64,000 bases of DNA from IMG/VR virus record IMGVR_UViG_3300023175_000005, positions 62,001-126,000 of that record; one strand, given 5' to 3'. Below are positions 28,419-36,020 of the stretch, one piece after another. How positions within the stretch are numbered: the stretch's first letter is position 1; each line of letters starts with the position of its first letter. The notes beneath the pieces are model-generated. The model was not told the DNA's origin. It ran no database searches and saw nothing but the letters and a program-made list of their open reading frames with translations. The position numbers and the translations under genes were made by a program.

Positions 28419-30149
28419 TTATGCTGTTGCTTGTGGAGATGGCTCAGCAGGGTTTTCTTCACCGCCAATTACACTTCCATCATCGCCCCCAATAGCATCA
28501 TCTCCTGTTAGTTCTTCGCCTTGTGCGCCTTCAATATCTCCTGCAATATCAGAACCAGTAATGCCTGCGCCTCTCATTTGTGCAGAAGCATCTTGTTCCT
28601 GTGCTGCAAAGAATTCATCATTTTCTTCCATCCATAAACGTTCATTTTCTTTAACTTCTTCTTCTGATAGTCCAAGGAAACGTTTCAAGGCAAAACGATT
28701 TGATATAAACGGAATTTGTTGCATCTGTGCAAATGTTGAAATTCTATTGTTATCAAGTTCTGCTTGTCTATAACTTGCAAAGTTTTGTGGAGGTTGTAAA
28801 ACAAGATCAAACATGCTTACATCTATGTTTACACCCTTTTTGCTTAGATAAAGTTTAAATTCTTGATTAAATTTGTCTGTAAGTAATTTTTGTAAACGTT
28901 CACAGTAATTGTTAAAACGTAGTTCTTGAATGTATGCTGTACCTACTCGTCCATCATTGTACTGTGAATTGCTGTCATCAGCGCCTGTGGGTAGATAAGA
29001 AGAAGGTATGCGTAAACCACGAACTAACTTGTTAGTAAAATACCTAAGATCATCAATCTCTCCTAAGTTAGTGCCACCTGGTAGCGTTTCAACTTTACTG
29101 CCGCGGCCTTCAGCAGTTTGTGGAAAGAAGTAGTCTTCGTTGATTGACAGTGGATTATAACTTGAGTCTATAACATTTTGGCCACCACCTGTCTTGGATG
29201 GGATACGTCTTTGATGTATTTCCGTTTTAACACGCTCCACAAACTGCATAGCAAGGTGTGAAGGCATGTTGCCCACATCAACGTAGAATACTCTGCGCTC
29301 TGGCGCACGTTGGACACGATAGATAATAATCGCATCTTCAAGCAGTTCTTTCTGCTTGTATACTTTAAAAATTGTTTCTAATAGACTGTTACCAAACGGA
29401 TAGTTGTTATCTAGCCCTTCGCTCATTGATAGATGAACAACATGTTCTGCATCGATTGCAGTTTCATTTGCATCTTGACTCCAACGGCTTGTGCTTTGAT
29501 CAGGAGTTCTACCTGTCATATATTTGTTGTCAAGTGTTTGGTATCCAGGATTGTTACCGCCTGGACCGTAAACTTGATTTGTATTGATTTTTGTTGCACT
29601 TAATCCTTCAAAGGCAATGTTAAGATCTTTTACAATATATTGCTCAGGACGTTTGCCTTCCGATTCGTTAACGATAATTTTTGTTACATTAGCAGGATCT
29701 ACATGATACCATTTTTGTGTTTCAGGATCTCTAATAAAAAATTGGTCGCCAAACTTAAATGCATTTCTTATAACACGGAACATGCGTTTTTCAAATTCTT
29801 GTATCTTGCACCATTGTTTTAGATACTGACCAAGAATTTGTACTTCGCTTTTTGTTGCACCTTTGTTAAACTCAATATTAAAAGGTGTGTTGTTTTGTTT
29901 GTTCTTTTGTGTGCAAAATTCTGCTAGGATGTCTAGTGCAGCATTAACTTCAGAGTCATTATCCATTGTGTTATATTGACCATAACGCTCAACACGATTT
30001 GGTGATCCGACATAAACATCAGGAAGGTGAGATGAATAGTTTGCTGCTGCTGGTCCCATTCCTTGACCTTGTGTAAAACTAAATGGACTGAAGTTACCGG
30101 TAGGATTGGCACTCGTTGCTACTGGTGTAAAATATTTTTTCCAACTCAT
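28419..30149 (-). CDS. gp20: Portal vertex protein
   Basis: LLEDAIIIYRVQRAPERRVFYVDVGNMP, EDYFFPQTAEGRGSKVETLPGG and ELRF motifs. Confidence 0.97.
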   Translation of the reverse strand: MSWKKYFTPVATSANPTGNFSPFSFTQGQGMGPAAANYSSHLPDVYVGSPNRVERYGQYNTMDNDSEVNAALDILAEFCTQKNKQNNTPFNIEFNKGATKSEVQILGQYLKQWCKIQEFEKRMFRVIRNAFKFGDQFFIRDPETQKWYHVDPANVTKIIVNESEGKRPEQYIVKDLNIAFEGLSATKINTNQVYGPGGNNPGYQTLDNKYMTGRTPDQSTSRWSQDANETAIDAEHVVHLSMSEGLDNNYPFGNSLLETIFKVYKQKELLEDAIIIYRVQRAPERRVFYVDVGNMPSHLAMQFVERVKTEIHQRRIPSKTGGGQNVIDSSYNPLSINEDYFFPQTAEGRGSKVETLPGGTNLGEIDDLRYFTNKLVRGLRIPSSYLPTGADDSNSQYNDGRVGTAYIQELRFNNYCERLQKLLTDKFNQEFKLYLSKKGVNIDVSMFDLVLQPPQNFASYRQAELDNNRISTFAQMQQIPFISNRFALKRFLGLSEEEVKENERLWMEENDEFFAAQEQDASAQMRGAGITGSDIAGDIEGAQGEELTGDDAIGGDDGSVIGGEENPAEPSPQATA

Positions 30150-33100
30150 CTACCTAAACTCCTATACAGGTTAGTACTGCCTTTTGTATTTCTTGCAATG
30201 CCTTTTTCGACACTTAGCCCTTCACTTAGCAAATGCACAGCCATTTTCATATTGTTATTTAACTGATCTATCTTCTGAATTAACTGAGTCTGGTCCGTAC
30301 TTGAACCTTGCCTTTCGTAGAACGCATCTAGAAGTTGTCCTGCTTCTGTATTCCTAGGCACAACTGCTTCATTACCGTGCAATATTGCATGAGTTCCTCT
30401 ACCAAAATCTCGGAACCCATTTGTTCCAGTGGCAAATTCAGGAAAGGAAGGACTATTAGGATAAAGTGCCATGATACTCTGACGTAATGCATCAGGATCG
30501 GTCATAAGAGCATCTAAATTAAGTGCGTCTGAGACAGGATCAGTTACTAAGTTTAAAAATTTAGCAAAATTTCCAGAAATAACACTGCCATTGTCAATTG
30601 ATCGTTGAACTTGTTCTGCACGTATAGTTTGTATTAAACTTTGTAATTCGTTCTTGTCAAGTTGTTCGCCTGACATAAAGCGAGTCATAGCATCATCACG
30701 TTGCGTGTCTGTCATCTTAGCACCTGGGATAAATGACTTTGCATATTGACCTAAAGATTTTAGAATTTGCATCATGCCTGCTTCAATTGAGATTGTCATC
30801 TCTTGAATTAATCTATCAATATAACTAGCAAAATCTTCGGTAGCCTCCATGCCTAGTAAATCTCTTACAGCGTTAATTTGGGTATTAATAAATGTTTGCA
30901 TTTTGGTTTGTAAATCAGTAAGTGTTGTGTTCATCCACTCTTGAAACGTTTGGCCCCCTGGTGCAAATCCAAATGTATCTGCTATTGTATCCATTACAGT
31001 AATGATAGTGTTATTAATAGCATTCATGGTATTTGAAATACTTGTCCAAGTACTGTCAAACCATTCACGAAGTGTTTGTCCTTGTCCAAAACCTAGTGCA
31101 TCTCTAAAGTAATTAACAGTACTATTCATTGTCGTTGTTACAGTGTCTATCATATTACTTATAGTTGCTAACGTATTGTCAAACCATTGTGTTAGACTTG
31201 TTTGGCCGCTTGTGCCTATAAATCCCTTTATATCGTTGTACAATGTAGTTATTTTAGATAATATACCGTCTGGACCGTTAAATGCATTCTCAATTGCTGT
31301 TACTTGAGTAGTAACAAATACCTTTATATCGTCGTACAATGTAGTTACTTTAGATAACACACCGTCTGGACCGTTAAATGCATTCTGAATTGCTGTTAAT
31401 TGAGTAGTAAGCCAATCTGATACTGTTGTACCTTGTGGCATTCCTAGTATTTTAGATAAATGGGTATCAACAGTGTTAAACGCATTTGTTATACTATCAG
31501 TAATTGCTTTTCCAAATTCAGTACCCGAAAAGAAGCCTGCTATGCTTTGTTTGATACTATCAAACATACCACCACTTCTTGACTGTTCTCCATTTGGCCC
31601 TTGCTGAAGTTCTCCAAATGCAAAATCCATTATATTTGCAAACGTGTCTCTAAGAAGTGTTTTAAGTCCTTCAATAATTGTTAACTTACCGTCTTGATCT
31701 GTAAAAATACTTTCTAAATAATTAGCAAACTCTACAAGTTTTTCTTGAAGGTATCCTAATGCATCTCTTGCTTCTCCTGAATTTAAAAAATCGTTAAATC
31801 TTCTCAACCCTCTAGTAACAAATCCTTGTGGACCAAAAATTGCATTTAAAAAATCTTTTACAGTGTTTGTTACTGTGCTAAGACCGCCTGCTGCACCTGG
31901 AGAAAAGAAATTTTTCAAAGCGTCTCCAAACTCTCCAAACACTTCAAGTAATCCGCCTCTGCCGTCAGTACCGTCTACAATTTCAAAGAATGCCCTAACA
32001 ACTGATTTTCTCACGTCAGTTATTGCTTGTTCAAAGTTTCCTAGTGCAGATGTTAATCTATTCCTGCGTCCCTGTTCTTCTTCACTAAGTCCTGCATCTA
32101 TTCCTCTGATACTGTTGAATTGGTATGCATAGTCTGCAACACTTGCAAGTGCAGCAACAACACCGTTACTACTGTTTTGCATTGATGTAAGTTGTGCAGG
32201 GCCATACTGTTGCGAAAATCTTTCTAGCGTAGGACCAAATCTGTTTTGCAAAGTTGAAATAACATCAGATAGTTCTTCTTCACCTGTAAAAACTCGTTGC
32301 ATATAAGTTTCAATGCCAGGCATAGCCTGTACTAAAGCCTTGCCTAAATCAGTTTGTGCAACGCCATCCATTAGGTCTTGGAAGCCATCACTGAAACCCG
32401 GAAGTCTTGTGTCAAAGAACGTCAACGCACCACGCAAGTTGTTTCGTTCATTTTCATTTAATCGATTCAACTGATTTCTAATTCTAGCTTCAGTCATTTG
32501 CTGTGCCATTCTATCAGCAAGTTGTCTGCGTTCTTCACCTGTTAGTTTTGCTAGTCTATCAAGTTGTAAAATATAATTTGCTGCACTTGCTTGTGTTTGT
32601 CCATCAAATCTCAGTGCTTGTGACTGTCTCATTCTTTCGTTTGATAGAAAATCAATAAGTCCTTCGTTAACATCTTCAATAGTGAAACCCATTGCAAAGA
32701 ATTGTCTACCTAATCCTGTTCTAAACTCTTGACTGAATGTTCCAAGAAGTTTTGCACCGTTAGTTACAGTGCCTCCAAAAAACGCTAGATTTGCAGCATT
32801 GTCTCTTACCATTTGTGCAAAATCATCAAGACTCATTGATGCTTCTGCACTTATTTTCATCATTTCAAAAATACTATTTTCAAAACTTGCACCTACTGAT
32901 GCTAAACTTCTAAATTGATCAACTGTGTGATCCAAGTAGCGTGTAAGTCTTGTTACAACATTTGTACTTCCAAAGATTGCTTCAGCAAAGTCACTAGCCC
33001 GTGTGCCTCCAAACGCAAGTTCTTTAGCAAAACCTTTAAGGCCTTTGCCTGCTGCTTCTGCTGCTTTGCCTAACTTACTGACTTTGTCAGTGCCATCTTT

Positions 33101-33265
33101 TTGTGCTTTATTATAATTTTCTTGTATACGTGTTGCTGTATCAGGGCCGCCACCGCCACCACGTCTTTCAGTTGCTGCTAATAAAGCCTGTAAGGTGGCT
33201 TCACTTGCTACGCCGTCTCTTGGACGGGGGCCGCCTACATTACTAATTTCTACATCTTCTGCCAA
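30146..33265 (-). CDS. Tape measure protein (1039 aa, TTG start)
   Basis: Long helical Ala/Gly/Thr-rich protein with periodic aromatic residues; C-terminal FATGT...LHGNEAVVP motif; divergent from gp26. Confidence 0.75.
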   Translation of the reverse strand: MAEDVEISNVGGPRPRDGVASEATLQALLAATERRGGGGGPDTATRIQENYNKAQKDGTDKVSKLGKAAEAAGKGLKGFAKELAFGGTRASDFAEAIFGSTNVVTRLTRYLDHTVDQFRSLASVGASFENSIFEMMKISAEASMSLDDFAQMVRDNAANLAFFGGTVTNGAKLLGTFSQEFRTGLGRQFFAMGFTIEDVNEGLIDFLSNERMRQSQALRFDGQTQASAANYILQLDRLAKLTGEERRQLADRMAQQMTEARIRNQLNRLNENERNNLRGALTFFDTRLPGFSDGFQDLMDGVAQTDLGKALVQAMPGIETYMQRVFTGEEELSDVISTLQNRFGPTLERFSQQYGPAQLTSMQNSSNGVVAALASVADYAYQFNSIRGIDAGLSEEEQGRRNRLTSALGNFEQAITDVRKSVVRAFFEIVDGTDGRGGLLEVFGEFGDALKNFFSPGAAGGLSTVTNTVKDFLNAIFGPQGFVTRGLRRFNDFLNSGEARDALGYLQEKLVEFANYLESIFTDQDGKLTIIEGLKTLLRDTFANIMDFAFGELQQGPNGEQSRSGGMFDSIKQSIAGFFSGTEFGKAITDSITNAFNTVDTHLSKILGMPQGTTVSDWLTTQLTAIQNAFNGPDGVLSKVTTLYDDIKVFVTTQVTAIENAFNGPDGILSKITTLYNDIKGFIGTSGQTSLTQWFDNTLATISNMIDTVTTTMNSTVNYFRDALGFGQGQTLREWFDSTWTSISNTMNAINNTIITVMDTIADTFGFAPGGQTFQEWMNTTLTDLQTKMQTFINTQINAVRDLLGMEATEDFASYIDRLIQEMTISIEAGMMQILKSLGQYAKSFIPGAKMTDTQRDDAMTRFMSGEQLDKNELQSLIQTIRAEQVQRSIDNGSVISGNFAKFLNLVTDPVSDALNLDALMTDPDALRQSIMALYPNSPSFPEFATGTNGFRDFGRGTHAILHGNEAVVPRNTEAGQLLDAFYERQGSSTDQTQLIQKIDQLNNNMKMAVHLLSEGLSVEKGIARNTKGSTNLYRSLGR

Positions 33266-33284
33266 TGAATCATTCCAAATTAAC

Positions 33285-33347
33285 TGCGCACATTATATTA
33301 ATTCATATATATACGTGTAGTATTTATCCGGAGAAAAAATACATGCA
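33285..33347. promoter_or_regulatory. Overlapping late promoters on opposite strands for gp26 (+) and the tape measure gene (-)
   Basis: Plus: TGCGCAC-ATT...TATATA (33285/33306). Minus: TGCATGT-ATT...TAAATA (33347/33326). Confidence 0.55.
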
Positions 33348-34200
33348 GACAGCAACAGCAAACCCGCTGTCTAAACATTTTAGACAGCCTAAATTATATA
33401 TCAAATTACCTAGTGGTGGAAATTTTTATCGTCCTGGTAGTCTTGTGCCTGAGCAAACGGGTGAATACCCTGTGTATGCTATGACAGCAAAGGATGAACT
33501 TATGTTCAAAACTCCTGATGCTTTGTTAAACGGCCAAAGCACAGTAAACGTAATTCAAAGTTGTATGCCCAATATCAAAGATGGTTGGTCAATACCTAGC
33601 ATCGACATTGATGCTATATTAATTGCAATTAGAATCGCAACCTATGGCGAAGTAATGGAACTAGGTGTTAACATCAAAGAAATAGATGAAGAAAGATCAT
33701 TTGAACTTGATTTGCGCACAGTTCTTGATGGACTAATTGCAAGACAGTATGATAATGTTTTTCAAATCGGCGACTTTACTTTTGAAATTGCGCCGATGGT
33801 GTACAAAAAGTTTACAGAAATTGCTTTAAAAACATTTGAAGAACAACGTTTGTTTAGAATTGTTAACGACGATAACATGAGCGAAACAGATAAAATTACT
33901 CAGTTTAATGAAGCATTTGTTAGAGTTACCGAACTTAACATTAGTAATATTCTAAACAGTATTATGTCAATACAGTTTCAGGATGAAGAACCTGTTACTA
34001 ACAGAGATCATATTATAGAATTTTTTGAAAACGCCGACAAAGACATTTACACTTCTCTTATAGTTCATTTAGATGAACAAAGAGAAAAGTTTGCAATACC
34101 GCCATTCAAGGCACGTCTAAGTCCAGCGGATATCGAAAGAGGAGCACCAGAAACTATTGATGTTCCGATTACTTTCGATCAATCAAATTTTTTCGCCTAA
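33343..34200 (+). CDS. gp26: Baseplate hub assembly chaperone, gp26-like (true start probably ATG 33343)
   Basis: IKLPSGG...VYAMTAKDEL...DIDAILIAIRIATYGE motifs; GGAG RBS before 33343; ends NFFA. Confidence 0.8.
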   Translation: MQTATANPLSKHFRQPKLYIKLPSGGNFYRPGSLVPEQTGEYPVYAMTAKDELMFKTPDALLNGQSTVNVIQSCMPNIKDGWSIPSIDIDAILIAIRIATYGEVMELGVNIKEIDEERSFELDLRTVLDGLIARQYDNVFQIGDFTFEIAPMVYKKFTEIALKTFEEQRLFRIVNDDNMSETDKITQFNEAFVRVTELNISNILNSIMSIQFQDEEPVTNRDHIIEFFENADKDIYTSLIVHLDEQREKFAIPPFKARLSPADIERGAPETIDVPITFDQSNFFA

Positions 34201-34250
34201 GGATCTCAGCTCTGTCCTTAGAGGACATTCTTAAACAAGTTGAGATCCTT
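34185..34250 (+). other. Putative -1 programmed ribosomal frameshift signal
   Basis: In-phase slippery heptamers A-AAT-TTT (34185-34191) and T-TTT-TTC (34188-34194), then a 13-bp stem 34199-34211/34238-34250. Confidence 0.75.
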
Positions 34251-34424
34251 GACAACGAATCAAAACAAATAAAATATGATCTCTACAAATTGTCTTGGTA
34301 CATGCGTGGAGGTGTTTCGGTGTCAGAACTTTACGAGATGAGTGTTGAGGACAGAGAAATCCTAGCAGGTATAGTAAAAGAAAATTTAGAAACTAGTAAA
34401 AAGACAGGACAGCCGTTTTGGTAA
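34194..34424 (+). CDS. gp51: gp51-like baseplate hub chaperone domain, reached by a -1 frameshift from gp26
   Basis: Open -1 frame RLRISALSLEDILKQVEILDNESKQIKYDLYKLSWYMRGGVSVSELYEMSVEDREILAGIVKENLETSKKTGQPFW*; no start codon at its 5' end. Confidence 0.7.
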   Translation, partial: RLRISALSLEDILKQVEILDNESKQIKYDLYKLSWYMRGGVSVSELYEMSVEDREILAGIVKENLETSKKTGQPFW

Positions 34425-34943
34425 TTAAGAAGGCTGTGAAACTTTGTAGCCTTTTTTCTTAAGCATTGCAATTGCTGTTTTTTCTTCAGGTGAAATTCTT
34501 GATGTTGCCCACTGTGGTGTAGCATCCGGTGATGCAAACTTACTACGTTTCTTAGGATCACCAGCACCAGATCTTTGAAAGCCTTGCTGTGTTACTTTCT
34601 TTAAAATCTCATCTACTTCAGGATTGCTTAGTGGTTCATTTTCATCTCTACCACCTGCTTCTCTTGACTTACCTAAAATCATATCAACATCAGTAGTAGG
34701 TAAACCTTTTTGTCTTAGAAAACCCTTGAGTTGATCAGGTTCTAGTTTTCCTTTTTTAATGCCACTACCTGCCATCCATACACTTAGATCTTTTTTGGTT
34801 TGGTTTGCATCTTTGCCTACATCAAGTTTTGCTTTTGCAGTTTTACTGCCTAATTTACTCATAGCACCAAGTCCTGCTCTTTTTAGCAATCCCATTGGTT
34901 TTTCACTTACGTTATCTTCACTAATAATCTCAAATACTTTCAT
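34425..34943 (-). CDS. Basic protein, probable internal head protein
   Basis: MKVFEIISE N-terminus resembles a capsid-targeting/gp21-cleavage leader; Lys-rich; TAAATA boxes upstream. Confidence 0.55.
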   Translation of the reverse strand: MKVFEIISEDNVSEKPMGLLKRAGLGAMSKLGSKTAKAKLDVGKDANQTKKDLSVWMAGSGIKKGKLEPDQLKGFLRQKGLPTTDVDMILGKSREAGGRDENEPLSNPEVDEILKKVTQQGFQRSGAGDPKKRSKFASPDATPQWATSRISPEEKTAIAMLKKKGYKVSQPS

Positions 34944-35065
34944 AAGACAATCCTTTTTGATGTTGTTATATTTATTTATATGAATTATTTAGTATTGCTA
35001 CTACGTAGCAATAAGTTTTCGCTATCGCTCAAACTATATTTGTTTTTTTATTAGTGCGAAGCACT

Positions 35066-35362
35066 TAGTTTCATGTAGATTAATTAGTCAGACGGAACCT
35101 TGCAGCGGTTCCATCCTCCTCGAGCTTCATGTGAGTTGCATAGCCGAGACTTGGAAGTAGGTATTTGACTTTGCTACTGGGCTCTAACCTTTCCCAACCT
35201 ACGTCGACATCACGCAAAATGCGCTATCCCCCGCTTCGTTCCTAGTGCTAAGGGGTTTTCGTAGCATACAGCCTGTGGGACTTCACCAGTGTCTGATCAC
35301 GTGGTTACGTGAAGCTCAAGGTGGATCGAACAATTCCGATCAAACAGTGTCCTGATGTGCCT
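35066..35362 (-). ncRNA. Putative ~290-nt structured RNA immediately 3' of the GIY-YIG gene
   Basis: GC-rich island; long-range helix UCCACCUUGAGCUUCA/UGAAGCUCGAGGAGGA; several hairpins; H-type pseudoknot; G-U pairs favour the minus strand. Confidence 0.6.
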
Positions 35363-35774
35363 TTAAATTTTCTCTAAGTATTTTTGAACCACCAACTCGA
35401 ACGTTTATAATACCATTATAGTATTCATCTGTTTCTAAAACTCTACGTTCAAATTGTTCTCGTGCCTCTAAATATGACATTTCGCCTCTAGATTTACAAA
35501 AATAAAGTATTTCTCTTGTAAACTTGTTTTCGCCTAATTTTTCTACGTCTGCTATTAGTTTATCTGACGATCCCCAATAGTCTCGCCAATCTGATTCCTT
35601 GTAGCCTCGTCTTTTATTTTTTTTGCCTTTAAGCGGTGGTTTGGTTGTTTTAAACTTTGCTAGTTTTTTGCCTACGTATTTGCGATTGTCCGTTAAATTA
35701 GTAATAAGGTAAACAAACCCTTCGTACTCGTTTGGTATTTCTGTTACTTCTTTACCTTGATATATCCAATTCAT
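35340..35774 (-). CDS. Stand-alone GIY-YIG endonuclease (144 aa)
   Basis: GFVYLITN...KYVGKK, YWGSS, catalytic Glu in SYLEAREQ, and YYN motifs. Confidence 0.85.
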   Translation of the reverse strand: MNWIYQGKEVTEIPNEYEGFVYLITNLTDNRKYVGKKLAKFKTTKPPLKGKKNKRRGYKESDWRDYWGSSDKLIADVEKLGENKFTREILYFCKSRGEMSYLEAREQFERRVLETDEYYNGIINVRVGGSKILRENLKAHQDTV

Positions 35775-35792
35775 ACAGTAATTTATGTGTGC

Positions 35793-36020
35793 CTATGTGC
35801 TTTCTTCTCTTGTTTTGGATAGAGGATGTTTTTTTAGTGCCTGTTGGTGTATTTCTTGTATTTCTAAACGTCTTACCTTTGCTAGTTTCATAATTTGACT
35901 TAAATGTTTGCGAACTACTCGTCTTTTTGCCTCAGATGGCCTTTGTAAAAATATTTCATTGGCTTTAAAGTAAGCCAAATACTCTTTTACCAATTGATCA
36001 TGTACATCGTCTTCAATCAT
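35793..36020 (-). CDS. Small basic helical protein, possibly Hc1/histone-H1-like family
   Basis: HDQLVKEYLAYFKANEIF...RRVVRKHLSQIMKLAKVRRLEI pattern. Confidence 0.4.
   Translation of the reverse strand: MIEDDVHDQLVKEYLAYFKANEIFLQRPSEAKRRVVRKHLSQIMKLAKVRRLEIQEIHQQALKKHPLSKTREEST

Noticed and set aside
33265-33342. N-terminal extension of gp26 in the ORF track
   Set aside because: Covers the promoter region; the RBS supports ATG 33343.
35066-35774. Group I or group II intron carrying a homing endonuclease
   Set aside because: No interrupted host gene; no P7/S element found; GCUGUAUGCUA..UAGCAC resembles group II domain V only partly and lacks the lower-stem complement.
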